DNA of 64,000 bases, the filler included, from Basidiobolus ranarum (taxonomy: Eukaryota): the NCBI GenBank assembly GCA_040143965.1. It is 19 parts of 19 records of this genome, joined end to end, with 100 filler letters (N's around TTAATTAATTAA, not from the genome) between each part and the next. Parts side by side here need not be neighbours in the genome. Positions count along the whole stretch, not along the records: positions 10,197 to 13,490 come from JASJQH010002585.1; positions 13,591 to 16,880 come from JASJQH010002586.1; positions 16,981 to 20,269 come from JASJQH010002587.1; positions 20,370 to 23,658 come from JASJQH010002588.1; positions 23,759 to 27,044 come from JASJQH010002589.1; 14 more parts are not named here. One strand, given 5' to 3'. Positions 12,165-25,230 of this stretch are shown piece by piece. The notes beneath the pieces were generated by a model, which was given only the letters and a program-made list of their open reading frames with translations, was not told where the DNA came from and did no database searches. Position numbers and translations under genes: made by a program. Each line of letters starts with the position of its first letter. The first letter of the stretch is position 1.

Positions 12165-12823
12165 TAGGACAAAATGACTCGAGTAGTGTGCTGTGTGTAT
12201 GAAGGAACATGTTTAGAATCATTCACATATCTATTCTATCACGTGCTCTGTCCATTTATGATTCAGTATGTATCACTAAACTATAAAATAGGGTCAGTAA
12301 ATCTCAAAACCTGCCACTACGAAAAGTTGTTCAATCAGATCTCGCCAAGATATTTTCTAGCTAGTGATGAAACTGTAATTGTATTTTCGATTCCAATTGA
12401 TCGACTCCGTGTTTAACACAATCAAGAATATCAGTATGAGGAAGATCCAATATAAATCCGCGTGTATTTATGACGCGAGCTGTAGAGCGGATCTCATGAT
12501 GATAGAGTAGTCACACATGCACACACTTGAAATATGGAATAAAGCGTACATCTCTCGACCTGCAGCGGTAGTTTTGCTCCGTCACGTAACTCATATGTAC
12601 CAATCTCCTTGATGTTTCCAAAACATTCATGCTTCTGACCTCTCGCATTGATCATAGATCCAAAGCGTCAAGAGTCTGTAGTTCGGAAACTTGGATAACC
12701 CAATCCCATGATTTCCTCTGACGAATCAGTCTTTGCGTACGAAAATACTTTTTTATCTAGACTAGTATCGTAATCGATTTTCCTCTAACTCTCTTCGAGT
12801 CTTTAGACCCGGACTACGTAGAT

Positions 12824-13490
12824 ATGACCGCAAATACTGAGATGTCCTCGATGAGAACAACTCCACCGTATTACATAAAGCTTAGCGTATTAGCTATGTC
12901 TTGCCTACTGTTGGTAGTGATCTTACTAAATGTGTTATGCTATTCCTCTTCAGTACTATTTCCTTTTTACGTAATCTATTTGGGTTGGTTTATTCTTTTT
13001 GACCGAAAAACATCGTCTATGGGTGGTCGTTCAAATACCTGGCTGCGTGAATCCAAAATTCAAAAGTACTTTGGTGAGCATTTTCCTGCCACTATACATA
13101 AAGAAGTAGACTTGGCAACCGACCAAAACTACATTTTCTCTACACATCCTCACGGTATTTGGGGTTTTGGTGCACAGACTTGTCTCGCTAGTGAAGCTTG
13201 TAATTTCTCTCAGCTTTTCCCTGGCATCGACATGCGTCTGGTTACCTTGAATTTGAACCTTAATTTTCCCTTTCTTCGTGAGTATTTGCTTTGGCGAGGC
13301 TTTGTTAGCGCTAACCCTGATAGTATAAATTATATACTATCTCAAAAAGATCCAAAAAACCCTGAGCGTGGAGTTGGTAAAGCTGTTGGACTTCTTCCTG
13401 GCGGTGCAGCTGAAGCCTTACACGCCGAACCTGGCACTCACCGTATAGTGTTGAAGAAACGTAGAGGCATGTTCCGTCTTGCACTGCTCA
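12824..13490 (+). CDS. DGA1: Diacylglycerol O-acyltransferase 2 (DGAT2/Dga1 family), 3'-truncated
   Basis: HPHG catalytic motif, PFLREYLL, GGAAEAL...PG, LKKRRGMFRLAL; N-terminal TM segment. Confidence 0.9.
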
Positions 13491-13789
13491 NNNNNNNNNN
13501 NNNNNNNNNNNNNNNNNNNNNNNNNNNNNNNNNNTTAATTAATTAANNNNNNNNNNNNNNNNNNNNNNNNNNNNNNNNNNNNNNNNNNNNACCTTTCTCT
13601 GCGCGCCACTCAGGGCCGCTTGTCCCGTCTGGGGCTCATATATTTGAGCTGTGCAGGCATAGGCCCAAATTTGGAACTTATTAATATATTAATCAGGCCT
13701 ATATCTGATCCAATTTGATTTCCTGGTTTGGGATAAAGGTACTACAACTTCCGGCATTGTATTGGGCACTTCAGTAGGCAAAATTCTGG

Positions 13790-14028
13790 TTGAAGGGTCT
13801 GCTGGAATGCTCTTTTCTTCTTTGTTTTAGTTTGAATCTATTTGAATGATTGGATCAGGAGAAAATTGATTTTTGTCATCATCCAAGGTCTTTTTGGGGA
13901 AAAATTTTTTATTTTCATTAAATCAAACATCCCTGGACTTGATTAACTTGGAAATTTCATCATAGAGTCTGTAGGCCTTGGCTTAAGTGCAATAACCCAG
14001 AAATATGCATTTCTTACTTTTTGGATCA
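13790..14028 (-). mobile_element. Copia integrase C-terminal fragment
   Basis: DPKSKKCIFLGYC..AKAYRLYD...KSRDV.FNE. Confidence 0.8.
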
Positions 14029-16880
14029 CCCTAACAGAAATTTGAGGATTGTTGTTGTAGAGAAACCATCACAATTTTAATCCATTTGGGATTGACCATT
14101 CAACTACCTTCATAAAATTATCAAGTTAGATCTGATTTTATTCAATTTTTTCAATTCCAGGAGTGAAATTTCAAGATCTTGCAAAATAGTTGCACATGAT
14201 TGGCTACAATCTCAGAGAACTGTGGGTCAACACATGTGCAAAAAATGTAACTCAAATTTTACACATTTACCACTTGGATGCTAATTTGTTACCTTTGAAA
14301 TCCCTAGTTTCTTTAATATATTCTCCTGAATATTTTTATAGAGTTCTTCATACCCAAGGTTTAGCTCATATCCAACAACAGTTTGTATCAATATCTCTAT
14401 CAAAGCCCACCATTGTATTAAAATTGCTGAATCAACATTATTCCAGCTATCTGGTGGATACCCTACAATATTGTGCCACTCTGAATTAAGTTCCTCCCAG
14501 ATTTCCACATGGTAACACCAGACTGAATGTCAAGTTGAATGTTCTTCTTCTGAAACCACTTTCTGCATATTTGCACTGTGTTTATCCCTTCATACTATTG
14601 AAAACACTCTTCAAGCACTTTGAATATGTATATAAATCATTATGGTGTGACACTACTGAGGGTGCTCTGTGGTGTTTGTGTGGCTTTTTGCTTGCCTGCC
14701 AGTTTGGGGCTAATTTCAACACTTAGAAAAGTACCAGTTGAGGATGAAGAGACATGAGTTTTATTTGCTGGTGTTTTGGCTTGTTGAGAGGTGCCGGGTG
14801 TTGGATAAACTTCTGAATTTAGCACTCTTTTAACTGATGTACCTGGTTCGATGATGAAATTTAGCTTTTTTTCCAGTATGTCTGACTCTGGAAATGCAGA
14901 TATTTGTAATGGGGTGAAGAGTTTGGTGAGTGGGACAATAGAGCCTAAACTCACTGGCTCCTTTGCTTTTCCTTTGGGTTTACAAACTTCCTACTCCTTG
15001 AGTACTTCTTTAGCTGCTTTTCTTTCTTTTCTAAGCTGATAATAGCATACATCTTTGAGATGTTTCATGAATAGGCCTAAACTAGCCCAACTGCCATTTG
15101 CTTTCAAAAACCCAGGAAAAGCCACATGAAATAAGTCAAGAATCTTCAGAGTGATGCCTGGTTTTTGGTTTTTCCACAATTGGCTTAAATCCTGGTGATT
15201 TTGGGCAAGATTCTGCATAGTTTCCAAAATGCTAAACCACTCTTCATCAGAGCAAGTGACAGCAGCTCTGATGTTCAGAGTCTTTTGGTTTGCTGGTTTT
15301 TCTATGAGATTTCTACTTTCATATGCCCAAGCAATTTCAGATTGTTGTGTAGGCTAAATAGTCTCACACATATTCTGCCCTGCTAGATTGTCATGGTGAC
15401 ATTTATATGTATGGTGTGGGATTGATTGAAATCCCTTCTGAGAAAGGAAGGAGGTAGCAGCATGTTGCTGTAGCTCAAGTACAGTATTCTGAAGGTCTTG
15501 TTTCATTGTTGAGTGACTCTCTAACTGTTGACTAGTTGCTTCCAAATGCTACATTAATTTCACTATTAAGGCATTTTTACTTGTCATGCCCTGTATAGCA
15601 ACTTTGTAGTTTTTACTTATGATTGAATACAATCATTATGGTGTTCTGCCTATGATTTCCTTGTTGTAAAAATTGTATCCAAATTATCTGCAGAGGGTTG
15701 TTCAATAGGGGGCACAGTAGCCATTTTGGAAGTTGATGGTCTTGACGGTGTTTTGGTTGAACTTTGCTCAACTATTGATTTACTATGTAATTGAATGATT
15801 AAAATCTCTTCACTTGCACTATTGCTGGAAAGGAACACATCTAGTAAACAAATTAATGCTTCATCGTTACTTGAGTTTGTTTCTGGCATGTTAATACCTT
15901 CCAAAGTGGATAGTGGATTGCTAGACTGCTTATCAATTGAGTCATCTGTTCTTGTTGGTTTTTTCATTTCCTGCCAGCAGACTTTGGCTTGGAGGCCAAT
16001 TTTGATTTAGATTTTGATTGCTTTTTGAATGGCATTTAATTTTTCAGATGGTAAGCTTAGTGTAATGAAATTGCTTAGAAACAGCTTATAATAGACCAAA
16101 ATTGCCATCCATTACCACAAAAATATCTTGTAAATCCCCTGATGACTCATCTGTGACACCATCTCAGAATCAGCTGACAATATTGATGAGCTATACCTAA
16201 AATACCATCCTTACATACAAGGTGTTGTTTTTTCCACAATATCCTTCTTATGCCACAACACAAACATTTAAAGAAGCCCTGCTATCATTGTCACAAATTC
16301 TTGTGCTATGAAAGCAAGAGGCTTAGTAGAAAAAACAATCACAAGCACAATCACCATACAAAGCCACCAGCTGAACAGAGCTTGGTGAGTACCAACAGCA
16401 ATAAGTGAACAAAATCAACTTCTGTTTTGCCCACTGAGTCAACTGACTGTACTTTGCCTCAAAGTTTTGGTAACACTGCTAGAAGTCAAGATACTGTGGA
16501 GTTTCCACAGCTATATGACCAGAATGATGTAGATAGAAATGTAACTTTGATCAAACCAGTGAGTCCAGACAACTTTGAGGACATGCTGCTAGATGTTAAC
16601 CTTGAATATTCCAATACTGATGGTAGTATATTGGAAGTTGAAGAAGAAGATAATGGTTTTGTTATGGACTTTTTGTTATTGGCAAGCATTATTCCACTCA
16701 TAACACTTGCAGTAAAGGAAGCAGCTTTGATTATTGAGGAGTGGAGAGTTCAATCCAATCTTAGCAACCAGGTGTGCATTGGTTTTCTTACACTTTTACT
16801 GTAGTTGATTGGTAACTGTTGCTTGCCACAGACCTGGTACAAGTGAAAAACACTTGTCAATTGTATGACTTATAATCCTT
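14029..16880. mobile_element. CACTA/CMC element, left part: TIR CCCTAACAGAAAT, decayed accessory ORF(s) on minus, probable transposase N-terminus on plus from ~16250
   Basis: Same terminus at 46911; internal blocks repeated at 46911-47324 and, inverted, at 37295-38560; CpG-depleted. Confidence 0.6.
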
Positions 16881-16980
16881 NNNNNNNNNNNNNNNNNNNN
16901 NNNNNNNNNNNNNNNNNNNNNNNNTTAATTAATTAANNNNNNNNNNNNNNNNNNNNNNNNNNNNNNNNNNNNNNNNNNNN

Positions 16981-17666
16981 CCTCAAGTCCCCACCTAACA
17001 TCAGGTCCAGCGTCATAAACATGTTGTAATCATCCTGAAAGGCAAATCGCATATTGCAAACGAATGGATGATCCAACTTTTCCAATATATTCCGTTCTCG
17101 GAGGACGTTTTTTAGCGCATTCATTTTGATGCATTCAATTTTGTTGATATATTTTAAAGCGTATAGCTTCTTCGAATCTCTATGTTCCACGATACGAACC
17201 TGGTGAGTTGGTAAGTCGGTCACACGAACGGATGGTTAAAAGTTGGGAAGATTGGACAAAATAAAAAAAGTGGAAAGTTAGTTTATAAAGATATCAAGGA
17301 TATATGCAAGAATCAAGTTCAATCTCTGGTATGGCTATGTATACGTCTTCAATAATCAACTTGTAGCTCATATCAAAGAAAAAAGAAATATACACGTGGA
17401 AGATAAAGAAGGATTAAATACCTTGCCAAAGCTACCTCTACCGACGCTGTTCATGAGCTTGAACTGACCAAGATTCACTAAAACATTTCAAAAATACTTA
17501 GTTTACAGTTATGTTATGTAGGATTTTTGACCAATGAAGTTAAAAACACTGGGTGTAGCAAAAAGGAATAGAAAAGGGAAAAACTAATGTTTCTCATTTA
17601 GAATGGTTGATGTTTTCAAGTACCTTCGTCCGCAAGCTCAAAATCTTTAGAATTTTGGTTACCCAT
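16981..17666 (-). CDS. YANK/STK32-family Ser/Thr kinase, 5' exons (MGNQNSK...GRGSFGK...ALKYINK...LGGDLR)
   Basis: ATG at 17666, Gly-loop GRGSFGKV, catalytic Lys in YALK, GT-AG introns. Confidence 0.9.
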
Positions 17667-18626
17667 CTTACTCTAGTTGTTCTAAGGATAGTTGAGGAGC
17701 CGAAGGTAAAACCATAACTTTGGGAATATTCAATAAAAGTAGGCAACTCAATGGCAAGATTATATATTAATTGACACCAAATACCATATCGAATTGTTGC
17801 CTAATCAATCGTTCAATGGGAAGATGAAAGATTTTCCTCGATTTGAATTACTGAAATGATAATATATGGAAATAGTTTGAAGTGTACGGTCATTCCTTGG
17901 ACGAAAAAGGACACAGCTAATCGAATAAAACAATATTTAGGTTGACTTTCTATTTTTGGCAATGTTTATCCATTCATTCATACGTGCTAGATGTATGTTA
18001 ATTGTGGAGATGACTGGGTGATTCTCTCCATTTGGCATAGCAATGCATATATATATACAGAATGGAGTAGTCAGGTCGATTGATTCATACAAGTCTCCAA
18101 CAAAGGTAGACGAGATTTCCTTGTAAGGAATCGGAAGCCTCGGAACAATAGAAAGTGAACGAATTGGTGGGAAATTTAAAACGGCAGCTTCTTTTATGGT
18201 ATGTGAGTGTTGCGTATGGAAGTTCTTTAATATTAGGCGATTCATTATTCTCATTTATTGGTTTGATGAAAGGTCCATTTCCTGCATACATGCTATTGGC
18301 GATGGCTATGGGTACCAAACGTATACGCTCGATAACCTACATGGCTGATAAGCTCACGCCTTCATGTGATCACGAAATAAAAGTAAATATTTAGATATTA
18401 TATATGGGTGAGTAGCGGTATGTATCAAATATTAGCACAGTCTAAATGTGAGTATTAAATTATTGGGAATTTCCTCTATAGGAAGCGAGCAGTCTATTGG
18501 TTGGAAAAGATAGCCGGTAGTGTTTCGAGGGATAGGGGTTATGATGACTGTTAAGAACGTATTTGTAGTTTTCTAGGTATTTACATCGCAAGGTAGGGTA
18601 CAGGGCCTTTACTTGCTCAACAAGTC

Positions 18627-20269
18627 TTACACATCCATGGTCCTTCTACGGGTGCCGATTGTTTGAGTCGCCATCTCCTTGCGGTTGGTTCCAAGGGCTT
18701 CCAAACTTTTGGTCTCCCTAAGCTCTTTGATTATCGGGTTTGGATCGACACATTTAACCCATTCTGGTGGATCACCTACACACATTTTCAATGGATCAAC
18801 ATAACCTGGATACCGTTCGTACAGGAGATAATCAAAATTTTTGAACTCTTTCTCAATCCGATTCATATCTTTACTGAGGGACGCTTTCAGTTTCTGATTG
18901 CGCTTGCGTGGTCGAGCTTCCAGTGGGTTTTGCTCAAGTAATAGCTCCTCCAAATCATATGCTATATCGAAGTTGGATTGTGTTTGCTAAATACCAATTA
19001 TGCTTAGTCATATCATCATGGTGATCTATGGATATTTTGACTTACACTGGGCACAAAGGGTGGCTTACACTTCTTTTGTTCTAGCTTATCCCAGTCGATA
19101 TCTTGAAAGAATGGATGTTGTTGTATCCGAAGAAACCCATCTGGCCCACATCCTAGTCGCTTTGTGATGTCTCGCTCCAAGAACTACATCACAATACCAA
19201 GTTAGCCCTCAATCTAATCAGAACACTCAAACTCTCCCCTCATCTCTCCTCAGTTCATTCATGCTATTCACATTGCTTTCACTTACCCCCTTCATCGCCG
19301 ATATACACTCTTCCGTTACAGGTCCAGTCTTTGATACGGTCGGGAACGGGATCTCGGCCAATTGTATCGCCTCTCTTACTTTTTCTACGTTATCGAACGT
19401 GAATGGGCGCTAAAATTTCAATTAATAAGAAAGGAACTCGGCATTAGTATATCTCCCTCTCACTCCACCTCCCCTGCAACTCTGATTCCTCTCACCTGTC
19501 CGTAAATTGCCTCGTAAAAGACTACTCCAAGTGACCACCAATCTACTGTGGTGCTGTAGCCGTGAGCTGAGAACATTTCAGGTGCTAAACGAACGAATAA
19601 ATACCATCGTTAGACAGGTGGTTCATTCTAACTCTATTTCTTGCTTCCTCTCTCCTGATCATGTCCTCCCCTTTCTCTATGCCTTATATTCTCCTTTATG
19701 AATTGGAGAGCTTTGCTACGATTGTAAATGTACTTACCCATGTAGTTATATGTTCCTGAGCGTGACCACAACGGCTTGTCATTATACACAATGGCAATAT
19801 TGAAGTCTGTCAAATGAGCGTGTCCTGCTTGGTCCAGTAGAATATTATCCGGTTTGATATCCCTGTGTTACAAAAAAAGGCAAGCATTCCATTAGTTTCG
19901 GGATCTTTTGAAATTTACTTCCTCCTTCTTATCATATCTTCTCTGGGGGTATGGTACACATCTACTTTCTCTGTCCCACTCCCGATTTCTACTCTACTCT
20001 GATCTTCATTCTATCTGTACATCCTAGCTATTTAAATGTCAAATTGATCTTTACCTGTGGACAATTGACTGTTTGTGTAGATAGAGTAGACTGCATGCTA
20101 ACTCAGAGATCCAGAATCTTACTTCCAGCTCCGAGAATCGTCGACGATTTAAGTGAAACCTCAAGTCCCCACCTAACATCAGGTCCAGCGTCATAAACAT
20201 GTTGTAATCATCCTGAAAGGCAAATCGCATATTGCAAACGAATGGATGATCCAACTTTTCCAATATATT
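18627..20269 (-). CDS. YANK/STK32-family kinase, middle and 3' exons
   Basis: IVHR/DIKPDNILLD..GHAHLTDFNIA (DFN, not DFG), VDWWSLGV, FDIAYDLEELLLEQNPLEARPRK. Confidence 0.9.
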
Positions 20270-20419
20270 NNNNNNNNNNNNNNNNNNNNNNNNNNNNNNN
20301 NNNNNNNNNNNNNTTAATTAATTAANNNNNNNNNNNNNNNNNNNNNNNNNNNNNNNNNNNNNNNNNNNNCAATAAGTGAAAACCATCAATTCCCATCAAA
20401 ATTGATTCAATCAAAACCA

Positions 20420-21095
20420 TTGTTTTAAAGACTTTGGTGAGAACCAAAACCTGCTTATCTCCCAAATTCAAAATGACTAATCATGGTGAACTGACAAACT
20501 AAGTTTAAATAAGATAGATGTGTATGCCAAAACAAAAACTTTAAACCAGTCTATATATATTTTTTATGCACTTAAAAGTTTAAATCAGAAGAATGGGCTC
20601 AATATGTATCAAAATGAAGACAAATCTTGACTTATCCAAAAAATAGCTCAAATAACTCATCAATAAATAGAAATGAACGCCTGGTATTTGCTTATTAACC
20701 TATGGTGAGCTATAGGATGTAAATTGTGGTTGGAACATTGCTGATATTTAAAGTTCTGTGGGAGCTGTATTTCACTGTCTTCAAAATTATGGATTTGATC
20801 AAATGACAGCAATTATGTGGTTTTTGAGATATTTGAAAGGCACTGTGGGTCCATGCTCTAATCTATTTGAGCTAGATCAAGCTTTGATATGATGGGATAT
20901 TCATATACTAATATGGGAAGAGACATTGAAAGCACATGATCTACAACAGGATATTCATTTTTAGCTGCAATGAAGCTATTGCTTGGAGTTCTAAGAAATA
21001 ACCTGATGTAGTACTTTTAACAACAGATGTAAAATACATGACTGCTTGTGAAGCAACAACAGAAGTTATTTGTTAAAGAAAACTTTTGAAAGATT
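20420..21095 (+). mobile_element. Highly degenerate copia RT/RNase H fragment
   Basis: KFKMT..GEL, FLRYLKGT, STTGY, AWSSKK remnants. Confidence 0.75.
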
Positions 21096-23658
21096 TGATA
21101 AAAGTTTTTAGGGGATTTGCAAGAGTTTAGGCAAATATTTGGAGTTGTGATATAGACACTGGGGTTTTATTGAATTGAATAAGTTGTTTTTATAGTTTAC
21201 TCTGATATAGAGCTACTGAACATGCTTAGATCTTAATAAACATGCATGTTGAGCATGGGTCAAAATTTGAGATCATTTATTGAAGTGTGGAGAAAGATGT
21301 GAAAATTGAAAAAAGCGATCTAATTGATATTTGTGTCAATGAGAACCATAAACACACACTTTTGAATGGCAGAATTGAGTGCTAAATAATCAGAACATGA
21401 GCAAAATAACAACTGAATGATGAGTTGTCACTTATCTAATTTAAACATTCCCACTCAACTAATTATTTGTACTTCTCTTAAACCTAACTTATATCTGTAT
21501 AGATCAAATTATGCTTTAGCTAAAGGTTTGGCTAATGTGTCAGCTATCATTACTTCAGTAGGGCAATAGAGAAGTTCAAATATATCTCTCTCTTTCACTT
21601 CTCTGACAAAATGATGCCTAATATCTATATGTTTTGTTCTAGTATGAAATGTAGGGTTATTCAGCTTTTGATATACAACTTTGATTATCTTCAAATACAT
21701 AAATAGCACATTTATGCATGTAGCCTAAGTCTGCAAATAACTTCCTTAACCACATAGCTTCTTGTGTGATAGCAGAGGCAGCCATATACTGTGCTTCTGT
21801 AGTGGAACATGCTACAGTTGATTGCTTCTTACTATTACAAGTTATGGCTCCATTACCATAGAGAAAAGTGTACCCAGTTGTTGATCTTGATCATCAAGGT
21901 TTCTTCCCCTCTCAGCATTGCTATTGCCTTCAGAATTTTGTGCATCAGGAGTGCCTGAGTATTCCAGAGCTAGATTTACAGTTTCAATCAAATTCCTGAA
22001 TATTTGTTTTACTGCATTTTTGAGCTCAGATCCTGGATTTGTGGAGATATTGGCTGAAAGTTCCCACTGCTCTAACAATGCCTGGATGTGTTCCTACCAT
22101 TGTATACATTAAACTATCTACTATGGAATGATAAGGGTACTACTCCTGACTTTGATTTAAGTCATTTTGGGCCAAATTGAAAGAAATATTGATTAATTTC
22201 ACATTTGGATCCATGAATGTTGACACAGGCTGGCTATACTCCATGTTGAGGTGTTTCAGAATGTCTAAGATGTTTGTAGACTGACTGAACATGATTTTAT
22301 GATTGGGTTTATCTCGCTTTATAAGGATTCCAAGAAAATAAGTCTCCCTAATCAGTCATCTGAAATTGGTTTAATCAGCAGATTTTTATGTATTTAAGTT
22401 TGTCTAGATCATTTGTGGCTATGATCTAGTCATCCACATATAGTGCAAAGATAAGGGCCCCATTTCTGAGTGTTTTGGCTTAAATACTGTGGCCTGCTGT
22501 TCATTTTTGGAATTCCAGAGATTCCAAATAGGTATCCACCTTGTTGTTTGATGCCCTGGGTGCCTGCTTGAATTCATATAGCAATTTTTGCAGTTTACAG
22601 ACCGTATAGGTGTGTTCTGGGTCAACTAGTCCATCTCATTTTTCCATTTAAATCTCTTCTTCTAGACTTCCAATCAGAAAGGCTGATTTTAGATCCATGT
22701 AATGTAAATCAAGGTTATGCTTGGCTGAGAGTGCCAGGATTGATCTATTGGGGCTAACTTAGCTACTGGAGCCACAGTTTACCAACATCAACTCTTACAG
22801 TCTGGGAGTTACCTTTTGTTACAAATCTTTCTTTACACCTTTTAGTTTTTCAATTAGCACGGTGTTTGACTTTGAAAACCCATTTGCAACCCATTGGCTT
22901 TCCTCCCAATGGTACAGGACTTAAAACCCCTTGCTTTATTATCCTGAAGTGAAGAAAACTCATCAAATATTTTTTCTCTCATAATTTTGATAACAAACAC
23001 TCCAGAGCTTGATCTAGAGTTTGTGGCTTGCACCAATTGTGGCTTATGCATGGTTATCATCATTGGAAGTATTCCACCAGTTCCCTGACTTATTTGTCCT
23101 TGTGGATGATCTTGTAAGGTCTGACTCATCCTCTGATGACATTTGGGCTAGTAATTTGGTTGAATTAGGCTCAGGTATGGCTGGATCTTTGTCAGACACT
23201 TCCTGAATAGTGCTGATTGTGTTTTCTGAATCAAGAATAGTGAGTCAAGGTGAATATTTACTTTTTCAGTAAAGAAAATTAAACACAACTTGTGTGTGCA
23301 ACCAAAGCTCCTGATATGATCCACACTTAGTTTTGATCCATACAGGGCTTCAAATGGAGTAGAATTTTGTAGCAATCTTGTTAGGCATCTGTTTTTCATA
23401 TAGACAGCAGTGAACACAGATTCAGCCCAATATTGGTAATCTAACTTTTGATCATGTAACATTGATCTTGCCATCTACAGTATAGTCTTATTAGTATGTT
23501 CTGAAACTCCATTTTTCTGTGGAGTATAAGAAACAGTAGTTTATTGCTTAATTCCATGTTTACAGCAAAAACTAGCAAAGTCTTTAGAGCAGCATTCTCC
23601 ACCATTATAACTCCCTAGTACCCATTTCTTTGTGATGATTTTTCTGTGTCATTGCTTT
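21096..23658 (-). mobile_element. Degenerate copia element (integrase, RT, RNase H), PPT and 3' LTR family B (21096-21446)
   Basis: MARSMLHDQKL..YWAE.V.TAVY..NRC, TPFEALYG, FHTRTKHIDIRHHFVRE, ADTLAKPL; PPT GTTGAGTGGGAA. Confidence 0.92.
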
Positions 23659-23758
23659 NNNNNNNNNNNNNNNNNNNNNNNNNNNNNNNNNNNNNNNNNN
23701 NNTTAATTAATTAANNNNNNNNNNNNNNNNNNNNNNNNNNNNNNNNNNNNNNNNNNNN

Positions 23759-25230
23759 TTCCGACGCCTCTATTGGGCTCATGATACTTTACATTTCCAG
23801 CCGATCAGTTACCAAGTATTAATATAGCATCATTCCCAAAATTCTCTCGAAGATTCTTGGCAAGCCGTTTGTCTGATTGTAGTTGGTTAATGAAACTTGA
23901 GTGCTTCATTTTTCTAAGAGGTAACAAACTGCTGGCACGCCGGTCTTTTCCTGCAGGGCAATCTTCATTTGAGTAATACACTCTCTTGGCTTTTTCTTGA
24001 AGATACTCGGTAAACTTGTCTTTGTTGGCAGTTGAAGATTTAAAATACGATAGGGAAAGCTCAGCTGCGATGACTTGGTCTGTCTTTAAGTTCTCTGAGC
24101 TTCCTGAATTTTCTGCCTTTTGTTTCAATTGCGTTTTGGTTGCTTGCATATCAGTAAACCATTTTGTTTTCAGTGGTACTTCCTTCGTGCATACAGTACA
24201 GCAAATCGCGACGTCCAGGATCAATTAGCACACACTTGCCAACAACTCTTCTCTTCCCAACTTCTACACATACTGCAACTCGTCTTCTAAAGCAAGATAC
24301 TTTGACTTAGGCACCACCCTTCTTCTTCGTATCATGGTTTTGCTTTAACACCGACACACCTACACCATCTGTGTACATCAACTTCATTAACTTTCTTGTT
24401 CCTTGTGGTTTCATTGCCTTTGATGTGAGGTCAATAACGGCTCCCCAGACTATTTCTTTATCCAAGTAGCTGGTGATAGAATTCTTTAAAATTGGAGTAT
24501 TTAAAATATACATATCGATTGTCATGTAGGATGATATGAAGCACCTTCTTAATGGAAAGCAGTTGAATGACTTGTTTTAGAGAGCTTCGCACATGCTTAA
24601 CAGTCTGGGGTACACCTTTATATGCTTGAGAGAGTTGTTTTTGTAGTCGTAATAAATTATGTCTTTTGCAAATCGATAATCAGTCGAATACGAGCCAAAA
24701 AGATTATGGATCATATTCAAATCGTTTGAGGAGAGAAATTCTTTAGGTATATCTTCAATATTTCTTGACGAAATAGCCAGTTTGACCTTCTTTATCTGCT
24801 CTGTTACTGTCTTTATAGCTGCCACAATCTCTTTCTTCCTTCCCCATTCCTCTTCATTTCGCTTTTCAGCGCTTTGATTCTTTCGTTCTTGTTCAAAAGC
24901 AAGTTAAGAAACATTTTGATAAGCAGTAACAGTCTCTGCCACTTTATAAGAAGCTATCTGATGAGCATACTTCATGTTGACTGGTTCGTAAGAACAGCAC
25001 TGAGAGTACTTATCCCGATAGTTGAGTATTAGATCTTTTTAAGTTCTTGATTCTGTCGAAGCTTTCTGTTTATCTGGTTTGTAGTTGCTGAGGAGTGACA
25101 AAAAGACTTCTTTAAAAAAGCCAACATTAATGAAATCCTCCAAAGGAAACGCAGGATTATCTTCCAGCTCATGAGTAAAGATGTACTTCAGAAAGGAAGA
25201 GGTATGTGACACAAGGGTGTGACATGAGTA
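23759..25230 (-). pseudogene. Fanzor1 (eukaryotic TnpB-like RuvC nuclease), degenerate, C-terminus lost at contig end
   Basis: FLKYIF..EL, FF.EVFLSL, FNCFPLR..FI.SYMTID, TDGVGVSVLKQN, RuvC-I GKCVLIDPGRRDLLYCMHE, LRKMK.SSFIN..Q.DKRLAKNLRE.FG.DAILILGN(W>*)SAGNVKYHEP.RGVG. Confidence 0.85.
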
